Part shown: piece after piece, positions 7,949-15,080 of the stretch
Position numbering within the stretch: the first letter of the stretch is position 1
Layout: every line of letters starts with the position of its first letter
Source of the DNA: Acaryochloris thomasi RCC1774
GTDB taxonomy: Bacteria > Cyanobacteriota > Cyanobacteriia > Thermosynechococcales > Thermosynechococcaceae
Direction: 5' to 3'
Length of the DNA: 32,000 nucleotides
Assembly: GCF_003231495.1 (NCBI RefSeq)
Contig: NZ_PQWO01000003.1
Coordinates: 360,001-392,000, forward strand
The notes under the pieces: model-generated
Told to the model about the DNA's origin: nothing
Seen by the model: only the letters and a program-made list of their open reading frames with translations
Databases searched by the model: none
Program-made: the position numbers and the translations under genes

Positions 7949-9772
7949 ATGGATGGGGTTCCCCTCGTGCGTGCAACCGGAGCTTTTGCATTAATTGACA
8001 GCCTGAAGCGTCACGGCGTCAAACATATTTTTGGCTATCCTGGTGGCGCAGTTCTGCCCATTTACGATGAGCTATATCTGGCAGAAGAGCGCGGGGATAT
8101 CCAACATATTCTGGTGCGTCACGAGCAGGCAGCAGCCCATGCGGCTGATGGTTATGCTCGAGCAACAGGACAAGTGGGCGTTTGTTTTGGCACCTCTGGT
8201 CCAGGGGCAACCAACCTAGTGACGGGCATTGCCACGGCCCACCTCGACTCCATCCCGATGGTGGTGATTACGGGACAGGTGCCCCGACCCGTGATCGGCA
8301 GTGATGCCTTTCAAGAAACCGATATTTTCGGGATTACGCTGCCGTTGGTGAAGCACTCCTACGTGGTGCGCGACCCGTCCCAGATGGCGCAGTTTGTCGC
8401 TGAAGCCTTCCATATTGCTGGAACTGGGCGTCCCGGCCCTGTCCTCATCGATGTTCCGAAAGATGTGGGCCTAGAAGAGTTCGAGTATGCCCCTGTCGAG
8501 CCGGGTTCGGTCCATCTAGCTGGGTATCGGCCTACCGTTAAAGGGAATCCTCGACAGGTCAAGCAGGCGATTGATCTGATTCAGCAGTCGGCAAGACCGC
8601 TCCTTTATGCCGGGGGTGGAGCGATTACATCCGGTGCCCATACCGAAATTAAAGAGCTAGCCGAGCGGTTTCAGATTCCGGTGACCACGACTTTGATGGG
8701 CAAGGGAGCCTTCGATGAAGCCCACCCGCTGGCGGTGGGAATGCTGGGAATGCACGGCACAGCCTACGCTAACTTTGCGGTCAGTGAGTGCGACCTGCTA
8801 ATTGCTGTGGGTGCGAGATTTGATGATCGGGTAACCGGGAAGTTAGATCAGTTTGCCTCGCGGGCAAAGGTGATTCACATCGACATTGACCCGGCGGAGG
8901 TGGGCAAAAACCGCGCGCCTGAGGTGCCCATTGTCGGCAGCGTCAAGCCGGTGTTGATGGAGTTGCTGCAGGTTGCCAGACAATCAGAGGCAGCAAACGG
9001 ACGCACTCAGGATTGGCTCGATCGCATCAACCGCTGGCGACAGACCTATCCCCTACAGATTCCTCATCCGACTGAGAAGCTCTCACCTCAAGAGGTGATT
9101 GTGGAGCTGGGACGTCAGGCACCTGACGCATTTTTCACCACTGATGTCGGACAGCATCAGATGTGGGCAGCACAGTTCCTTAAAAATGGTCCTCGGCGCT
9201 GGATTTCTAGCGCAGGTCTCGGAACAATGGGCTACGGCCTCCCTGCAGCAATGGGAGTAAAAGTGGCGGTGGCCGACCAGCAGGTGATTTGTATTAGCGG
9301 TGATGCCAGCTTCCAGATGAATTTGCAGGAGCTGGCAACGCTGGCCCAGTACGGCATCAATGTCAAGACGGTGATTGTCAATAATTTCTGGCAGGGAATG
9401 GTGCGCCAGTGGCAGCAGGCCTTTTTTGGCGAGCGCTATTCTAATTCCAATATGTCTCGGGGGATGCCCGATTTTGTGAAGCTAGCTGAGGCGTTTGGCG
9501 TCAAGGGTATGCTGGTGCGGGAAAGGGGAGAATTGGGGGATGCGATCGCAACCCTCTTAGCCCACGACGGTCCCGTCTTATTGGATGCTCAAGTTACCCG
9601 TGACGAGAACTGCTATCCCATGATTGCACCGGGTCAGAGCAACGGCCAGATGCTAGGGCTACCGGAACAGGAAAAGCTAGAGAAGGCAGTAGAGCTAATC
9701 TACTGCAGTGGATGCGGCGCTAAAAATGCTGCGAGCAATCATTTTTGTCCTGAATGTGGGGCCAAGCTATAA
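7949..9772 (+). CDS. ilvB: acetolactate synthase (acetohydroxyacid synthase) large subunit with a C-terminal zinc-ribbon tail
   Basis: Motifs [31 protein letters not shown] and [10 protein letters not shown], plus the ThDP-binding region [14 protein letters not shown]...[17 protein letters not shown] at 7949 ([19 protein letters not shown]) is preferred over the TTG at 7889. The tail is [22 protein letters not shown]. Confidence 0.95.
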   Translation: MDGVPLVRATGAFALIDSLKRHGVKHIFGYPGGAVLPIYDELYLAEERGDIQHILVRHEQAAAHAADGYARATGQVGVCFGTSGPGATNLVTGIATAHLDSIPMVVITGQVPRPVIGSDAFQETDIFGITLPLVKHSYVVRDPSQMAQFVAEAFHIAGTGRPGPVLIDVPKDVGLEEFEYAPVEPGSVHLAGYRPTVKGNPRQVKQAIDLIQQSARPLLYAGGGAITSGAHTEIKELAERFQIPVTTTLMGKGAFDEAHPLAVGMLGMHGTAYANFAVSECDLLIAVGARFDDRVTGKLDQFASRAKVIHIDIDPAEVGKNRAPEVPIVGSVKPVLMELLQVARQSEAANGRTQDWLDRINRWRQTYPLQIPHPTEKLSPQEVIVELGRQAPDAFFTTDVGQHQMWAAQFLKNGPRRWISSAGLGTMGYGLPAAMGVKVAVADQQVICISGDASFQMNLQELATLAQYGINVKTVIVNNFWQGMVRQWQQAFFGERYSNSNMSRGMPDFVKLAEAFGVKGMLVRERGELGDAIATLLAHDGPVLLDAQVTRDENCYPMIAPGQSNGQMLGLPEQEKLEKAVELIYCSGCGAKNAASNHFCPECGAKL

Positions 9773-9775
9773 AGC

Positions 9776-10231
9776 ATGAGTTTACAGGACCAGATTCAAA
9801 CCCTCGTCAACGAAGCACCGGAGGATGGCAAAACGCCCCAAGCGATGCAGACGATCGGTCCTGTCTTAGCGCAGGTCGCCCACAACCTCAATCATCTGGA
9901 ATACTACATCCTGCAAAACTTGGGGCAGAACTGGCAAATCACAACGCTTCGGCATCAAAGCAAACCAGAGCTTGAAAAAACCGTAGTGTATGCCTACGCT
10001 CACCTCAAAGACGCCACTCACTCCTGCTCAGATCCAAACTTAATTGCCATTCCAAAGCCAGTAATTTTGCTACTGTTTCAGCTCCTAGCCATGAAGCCAG
10101 TGGATAGCCTGATTTTCTTTGATAATCCCAAGGGGCAAGATTCTGGATACGAAGTTCCACGCGAAGCAATCCAGCAGCTTGTGCAGGAAAGTTTGCGGCA
10201 GCTAGTAGAACCCCCTACAGAGATTGCCTAA
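9776..10231 (+). CDS. hypothetical protein
   Basis: 151-aa ORF whose ATG lies 3 nt after the ilvB stop. No motif recognised. Confidence 0.6.
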   Translation: MSLQDQIQTLVNEAPEDGKTPQAMQTIGPVLAQVAHNLNHLEYYILQNLGQNWQITTLRHQSKPELEKTVVYAYAHLKDATHSCSDPNLIAIPKPVILLLFQLLAMKPVDSLIFFDNPKGQDSGYEVPREAIQQLVQESLRQLVEPPTEIA

Positions 10232-10283
10232 AAATTGATCTTCGAGACGTAACCCGAGTTACAGCATTAAGTTCTAGGGATAC

Positions 10284-10422
10284 CTATTCTTCCAGCGATA
10301 GGTATTGAGGTCGCTGCTCATCAACAGAAAAGATTTGACCATACTCTAAATATTCGGCCAGAATCACCAACAACGCGACGATTTGCGGGGGCAAGCCAAA
10401 AGCCAGTATCAACAATAGTCAT
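10284..10422 (-). pseudogene. decayed PIN-domain (VapC-like) toxin remnant
   Basis: Hand translation from the ATG at 10422 gives MTIVDTGFWLAPANRR..., a PIN-type N-terminus with the first acidic residue in the DTGFW context. It stops after 33 codons at 10321. The +1 frame continues ...ILAEYLEYGQIFSVDEQRPQYLSLEE* (stop at 10284-10286), which resembles a PIN C-terminus. Total length is far short of a ~130-aa PIN domain. Confidence 0.35.
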
Positions 10423-10601
10423 TACCGCTTGCCGTACTTATCTTTTAGGGACTCTGCCAACTGAGCTTTATAACGGATAGACAAATCGCTCTCAGCTTCG
10501 CCACATCCAATGAAACCACTATTTATACATGCATTAACAGGATCAGCCTGAGTCATAGATTGATAATAAGCATCTAGTATTGATTTGATGATTTCCGTCA
10601 T
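10422..10601 (-). CDS. 59-aa ORF, possible antitoxin of the decayed PIN module
   Basis: Hand translation gives MTEIIKSILDAYYQSMTQADPVNACINSGFIGCGEAESDLSIRYKAQLAESLKDKYGKR*. It is one codon below the 60-aa track cutoff. Its stop overlaps the PIN-remnant ATG (TAATG), the usual toxin-antitoxin coupling. Confidence 0.3.
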   Translation of the reverse strand: MTEIIKSILDAYYQSMTQADPVNACINSGFIGCGEAESDLSIRYKAQLAESLKDKYGKR

Positions 10602-10704
10602 GCTAGTAAATTCATGTGAGATAAGTTTTCAACATGTCGATTTGAGACGTGGCCTTCAATCTAGTTAGAGGTTAGATTGGACAACCGACCCTGGCTTGGC
10701 CTCC

Positions 10705-11646
10705 ATGTCTCAAACACAGTCTCCTGTCAATCTAATTCTACCCGTGGGCACACAGGTCGTTAGCCGCATTGAAGTCAAAAATGCCGCAGGGGAAGCGCTG
10801 TGCCCACAGGGTGCGGTAGGGGTGATTGTGCGATCGCCTACAGATAATTCTCATACCTATCAAATCAAACTGCCAAACGATACACTCATCAGCCTGAAAC
10901 GACTGAATTTCAGTATTCGAAAGCATTTTCAGCGGGAAGGTTTGGAACCGCCTCAGTCGGCATTGGAAGAGCTGAATCTTTTTGATCACGTTATCTATCG
11001 CTGCGTGATTGGCTCCAGAGCCTACGGCCTTGATGATTCTGAGTCTGATACAGATCGGCGCGGCATCTATTTACCTCCGGCCCAGATGCACTGGTCACTC
11101 TATGGCATCCCAGAACAAATTGAGCACAAAGAAGAACAGGAGTGTTATTGGGAACTACAGAAATTTCTGGTACTGGCACTGAAGGCCAATCCCAACATAT
11201 TGGAGTGTTTGTACTCCCCCCTTGTGGAAACCGCAACGCCGTTAGCCCAAGAGCTGCTCAGTATTCGAGAGATTTTCCTTTCTCGGCTGGTGTACCAGAC
11301 CTACAATAGCTATGTGCTTTCACAGTTCAAGAAAATGGAGCAAGATCTCCGCACAAAGGGAATCATTCGGTGGAAGCATGCGATGCACCTGATTCGACTT
11401 TTGCTCTCCGGCATTACGGTCTTGAGGGATGGGTTTGTGCCCGTTCGAGTGGAAGCCTATCGAGATCGCCTCATGGCGATTAAATACGAGCAACTATCCT
11501 GGGATGAGATCAATCAGTGGCGCTTGAGCCTGCATACAGAATTTGATCACACCTTTGCTCAGACCCATCTACCCGAGCGTCCTGACTATGAAAAGGCCAA
11601 TGCCTTCTTGGTTCAGGCACGGCAAAGTCGAGTCGGCGAGCAATAG
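10705..11646 (+). CDS. Pol-beta-fold nucleotidyltransferase, YcgL/RlaP-like (PF10127-like), with an extra ~95-aa N-terminal domain
   Basis: NTase signature VIGSRAYGLDDSESDTDRRGIYLPP (G-S...D-x-D). The helical C-terminal half is homologous to the next ORF. ATG at 10705 lies inside the TTG-initiated track ORF. Confidence 0.8.
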   Translation: MSQTQSPVNLILPVGTQVVSRIEVKNAAGEALCPQGAVGVIVRSPTDNSHTYQIKLPNDTLISLKRLNFSIRKHFQREGLEPPQSALEELNLFDHVIYRCVIGSRAYGLDDSESDTDRRGIYLPPAQMHWSLYGIPEQIEHKEEQECYWELQKFLVLALKANPNILECLYSPLVETATPLAQELLSIREIFLSRLVYQTYNSYVLSQFKKMEQDLRTKGIIRWKHAMHLIRLLLSGITVLRDGFVPVRVEAYRDRLMAIKYEQLSWDEINQWRLSLHTEFDHTFAQTHLPERPDYEKANAFLVQARQSRVGEQ

Positions 11647-11649
11647 ACC

Positions 11650-12408
11650 ATGAATGCAGTAGATCCCCGACTGGTTAATGTTGTTGCTCAACAACCCTAC
11701 CCACTCCTGTTTGTAACGGTGAGTGGTGCACATCTCTATGGATTTCCTTCGGCTGATTCTGACTACGATCTTAGAGGAATCCACCAACTTCCCTTGACTG
11801 AGCTAGTCGGTTTAAGAAGGGGAAAAGAAACGATAGAAGTTTCCAATATTCAGCAAGGGCTAGAGATTGATTTAGTGACGCATGAGGCTAAAAAGTTTTT
11901 CAGTCTGCTGTTAAAACGCAATGGCTATGTACTAGAGCAGCTCTATTCTCCACTCGTTGTTCACCAAACAGGGCCAGAATATAACGAACTAAAAGATATT
12001 GCCAAGCACTGCATCACGCGTAATCACAGCTATCACTACTTGGGTTTTGCAAAAACACAATGGCGACTCTTTGAAAAAAGCAGCCCAAAACGGGTCAAGA
12101 CTCTGCTGTATGTCTATCGAGTTTTACTAACCGGCATCAACCTGATGCACAGTGGCGTCATCGAAGCGAATCTTGTCACTTTAAATGAAAAATTTCAGCT
12201 TCCTTACGTACCCGATCTGATTAATGCCAAGATCACAGGGACAGAGAAGAACACGCTGGATGTCTCCGATGTTGAATTCCATGAGCGAGAGTACATGAGG
12301 CTGTATCAAACACTTGAAGCCGCAAGCCAGGCAAGTCATTTGCCTGATGAACCCTCAGCAAAACCCGACCTGCATGATTTATTAATTAGGTTGCGATTAC
12401 AGGGCTAA
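11650..12408 (+). CDS. Pol-beta-fold nucleotidyltransferase, YcgL/RlaP-like (PF10127-like), paralog of the preceding gene
   Basis: NTase signature VSGAHLYGFPSADSDYDLRGIH. The ATG lies 3 nt after the upstream stop. The C-terminal helix VKTLLYVYRVLLTGINLMHSG parallels WKHAMHLIRLLLSGITVLRDG in the neighbour. Confidence 0.8.
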   Translation: MNAVDPRLVNVVAQQPYPLLFVTVSGAHLYGFPSADSDYDLRGIHQLPLTELVGLRRGKETIEVSNIQQGLEIDLVTHEAKKFFSLLLKRNGYVLEQLYSPLVVHQTGPEYNELKDIAKHCITRNHSYHYLGFAKTQWRLFEKSSPKRVKTLLYVYRVLLTGINLMHSGVIEANLVTLNEKFQLPYVPDLINAKITGTEKNTLDVSDVEFHEREYMRLYQTLEAASQASHLPDEPSAKPDLHDLLIRLRLQG

Positions 12409-12428
12409 AACACTCTGGAAGTCAGCAA

Positions 12429-12512
12429 TCAAGCACACAGCACGAGTATTTGCAGCGCCGAAGAAGCTTCTCTTAAAATGCTTTGAGCCAATAGCAAACT
12501 ATCAAGTCTCAC
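12429..12512 (-). pseudogene. ghost copy of the ctaB 3' end (last ~27 codons plus stop)
   Basis: The minus-strand translation RLDSLLLAQSILREASSALQILVLCA* aligns with the real CtaB C-terminus [26 protein letters not shown]. An ungapped hand alignment of 12429-12512 against 12566-12649 gives 56/84 identical nt. This includes 8/8 at the stop end (tcaagcac) and 24/27 at the inner end. Confidence 0.55.
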
Positions 12513-12565
12513 TATCAATAGCGCTCGAAGTATAGAGCAAATAGACCCAAGGTCATGACTGATTT

Positions 12566-13534
12566 TCAAGCACCCAATACAAGCATCTGTAATACCTGAG
12601 AGCCTTGAGCAACGAGGTTTTGAGTTAATGGCAAACTATCAAGTCCCATCCCTGCACAAAGCAACATCATGTATAAAATCGAGAATTTAAAGACAGATCG
12701 AGCCATTGTCTTATCTGCGGGACTCTGATTGAGCTGCCAGACCTTTTGTATGAACATGCCGCCTAGGACAAGTGCGATCGCACCATAAACTCCACCCGAA
12801 GCATGGAGCGGATACACCAATAGCAAAGACGTGGGCACCAGCAACACTGTATAAAACATCATCTGCTTAGCCGTGGAATCATCACCATCCACCACCGGCA
12901 TCATCGGCACGCCAACCTTGGCATAGTCCTCTTGAATCATCATCGCCAGAGGCCAGAAGTGAGGCGGTGTCCAGACAAACACGATCGCAAACATTGCCCA
13001 AGCCGCCAAGCTCAAATCCCCCGTGACCGCAGCCCAGCCCACCAGTGGCGGAATCGCACCAGCCGCACCGCCAATAACAATATTTTGCGTGGAAGAACGC
13101 TTCAGCCAAGCCGTATATACAAAGAAGTAGGCCGCAATCCCTGACATGGCGAGGCAGGCGCTTAGCAGATTGGCAACGGTGGCGAGAAGCGTGAAGGATA
13201 TTATTGCAAGTGCGATCGCAAACACCAAAGCCTGCCAAGGCTGAATCCGACCCGAAGGTAGCGGACGGTGGCGGGTGCGCTCCATTACATAATCAATATC
13301 GCGATCGTAGAGACAATTGATTGTATTCGCCGATCCTGCAGCCAAGGCTCCACCCGTCAAAGTTGCCAAAACTAAAACGCCATCCACTTGGCCCTTTGCC
13401 GCAACCCACATCGCCGCCGCCGTCGTAATCAAGAATAGAAGAATCAGACGGGGCTTCGTGAGCTGATAATAGTCCGCGATAGTTTGGGTGACACTCTCTT
13501 GCCAATTAGTTCCAGGCCAAGTCAGTCGTTGCAT
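12566..13534 (-). CDS. ctaB: protoheme IX farnesyltransferase (heme O synthase)
   Basis: UbiA-family polytopic protein with the motif [26 protein letters not shown] at 13534 (a GTG at 13546 is also possible). It sits next to ctaA and opposite ctaCDE. Confidence 0.93.
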   Translation of the reverse strand: MQRLTWPGTNWQESVTQTIADYYQLTKPRLILLFLITTAAAMWVAAKGQVDGVLVLATLTGGALAAGSANTINCLYDRDIDYVMERTRHRPLPSGRIQPWQALVFAIALAIISFTLLATVANLLSACLAMSGIAAYFFVYTAWLKRSSTQNIVIGGAAGAIPPLVGWAAVTGDLSLAAWAMFAIVFVWTPPHFWPLAMMIQEDYAKVGVPMMPVVDGDDSTAKQMMFYTVLLVPTSLLLVYPLHASGGVYGAIALVLGGMFIQKVWQLNQSPADKTMARSVFKFSILYMMLLCAGMGLDSLPLTQNLVAQGSQVLQMLVLGA

Positions 13535-13575
13535 AATAATCCCCACGTTCAGAGTTCAAAAATTTTGTAGTGAGA

Positions 13576-13597
13576 GAGCATCTCAATTCAGATGCTC
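13576..13597. other. perfect 8-bp hairpin in the ctaA-ctaB spacer
   Basis: GAGCATCT (13576-13583) / AGATGCTC (13590-13597) with a 6-nt loop, about 40 nt upstream of the ctaB ATG inside a 255-nt intergenic spacer. Confidence 0.4.
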
Positions 13598-13789
13598 ATC
13601 AGTCAAGATGTAGCGATTTTTAATCCAGAAGCAAAGTTGAAGACGTCCCCAGCTTTCTGCTTTCTCCCCCCAGAAGTGGAGCCACTGCGTTTGGCGGGTT
13701 CCCCGACTTGAAACAAGTGGCATGGGGGCCGGAAGGGCCAGTGCAAAGCGTTCATAATATCTCCCAAACGCCAGCGCTCCTTACATCCG

Positions 13790-14743
13790 TCATAAATTTG
13801 TTCCAATATTCAGATCCTGAGAACGATGGTCTCCACCCGGCTCTCGGCCATCGCGCCATGCCCAAACCGTAAACAGAACCAGTGATCCAAGCAGCGCCGC
13901 CCCAATCGCCTGATGAGCCACCGTTAATGCCACCACCTGCAAGTGCAGCCGTAGCGTAGACACACCCAAAACAACCTGAAGACCCAGCAGCAGCGTCATA
14001 ATCTGCGTCAGCATCCGCAGTCGAGGATGAAGCGCCGCCGTTCTCATCGCCAGCACCACCAGCACCACCACAGAAAACACCGCCGGTACTACTCCAGCAA
14101 AATGGCTATACATCACAGAACAGAGACGAGAACCGCCCAAACACTGATGCGCGGCCCAGCGAGATGCAACCACGCCACCTAAAATGCTTTGACCGTAGAC
14201 ACAGCCTACAGCCGCCATGCCCAGCCAGGACAGCCGACCGACAACGCCTGTCCCCTGGTAAGTTACGAGGGCAGCACCAATACCCAGCAGACAGCTAAAG
14301 AACATCAGTCCAGTTGCTAAATGGGCCGTCACAATATCAAACCGGAGCAGCTGGGTCACCGTCAGACCGCCCAGAATCCCTTGAGCAATGACCAATAGCA
14401 GACAGAGTCCAGCAGCCACGGGCACCCAACGCGGAATCTGCTTTCGCCAGAAGAGCGTCATGCCGGTTAAAGCAATCATCAAAAAGCCAATGGAAGAAGC
14501 GACCAGCCGATGGAACCACTCCAGAAAAACCTGAAGGTTCATTTGTTGTGCAGGTACTAACTCTCCGTAACAGAGAGGCCAGTCAGGACAGGAGAGGCCC
14601 GCATTCATGACTCGTGTGGTGCTGCCCAATGCCATTAAGAAAAAGGTCAGTACAGCCATACTCAGAAACATCCAGCCCAGACGCTCGGAAGGACTGCCTG
14701 CACTAGATTCAGCGGTGGAATTATTCAGTAAGCTATCAGCCAT
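13790..14743 (-). CDS. ctaA: heme A synthase (COX15/CtaA family)
   Basis: Multi-TM protein with histidine-bearing helices (EWFHRLVA, TAHLATG, VAHQAIG). ATG at 14743 lies inside the TTG-initiated track ORF. Confidence 0.9.
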   Translation of the reverse strand: MADSLLNNSTAESSAGSPSERLGWMFLSMAVLTFFLMALGSTTRVMNAGLSCPDWPLCYGELVPAQQMNLQVFLEWFHRLVASSIGFLMIALTGMTLFWRKQIPRWVPVAAGLCLLLVIAQGILGGLTVTQLLRFDIVTAHLATGLMFFSCLLGIGAALVTYQGTGVVGRLSWLGMAAVGCVYGQSILGGVVASRWAAHQCLGGSRLCSVMYSHFAGVVPAVFSVVVLVVLAMRTAALHPRLRMLTQIMTLLLGLQVVLGVSTLRLHLQVVALTVAHQAIGAALLGSLVLFTVWAWRDGREPGGDHRSQDLNIGTNL

Positions 14744-14776
14744 GAACCTCAATCGACTATTAACTAGACGCTTTGA

Positions 14777-14790
14777 CGTGATGAATCACG
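14777..14790. promoter_or_regulatory. inverted repeat CGTGAT-GA-ATCACG upstream of ctaA
   Basis: Perfect 6+2+6 palindrome located ~35-45 nt upstream of the ctaA start in the divergent ctaA/ctaC control region. Confidence 0.25.
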
Positions 14791-14962
14791 CCTCTTCAAT
14801 TTAATGAAAACGAAACGGTATTTGTACTCAATCGTGAACTTATATCACCTACTCTCAAGTCATATTGAGGTTGGCTGAGCTTTTATAAGCAAGTCTTAAT
14901 ATCAAGTAGAGGCTTCCCTAGCCCGGATTCCAGCATTCGCAACCGTTGGACTCGCACAGATC

Positions 14963-14990
14963 CCTAAGAAAAGCCTAAGACTCGCCTAAG
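14963..14990 (+). promoter_or_regulatory. three CCTAAG direct repeats phased at 11 bp upstream of ctaC
   Basis: CCTAAG occurs at 14963-14968, 14974-14979 and 14985-14990 (tCCCTAAGaaaaGCCTAAGactcGCCTAAG). GACTCGC also occurs twice, at 14949 and 14979. Confidence 0.3.
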
Positions 14991-15080
14991 CTTTGCAACT
15001 CTTCCTTGTCGCCTGATCTACTTTAGTTAAAGTAAGAGGGTCAGTATTTGCTGGCTACACCATCGAAGGGTCCGTCTATC

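Noticed and set aside
8019-8562. Short ORFs overlapping ilvB on both strands
   Set aside because: They sit inside a confidently identified ThDP enzyme gene and are frame-shadow artefacts.
13603-13806. 67-aa minus-strand ORF in the ctaA-ctaB spacer
   Set aside because: It overlaps the ctaA stop by 17 nt. Its translation (MEQIYDGCKERWRLGDIMNALHWPFRPPCH...) has no hydrophobic core pattern or motif, and no ribosome-binding site is evident. The spacer is treated as non-coding.
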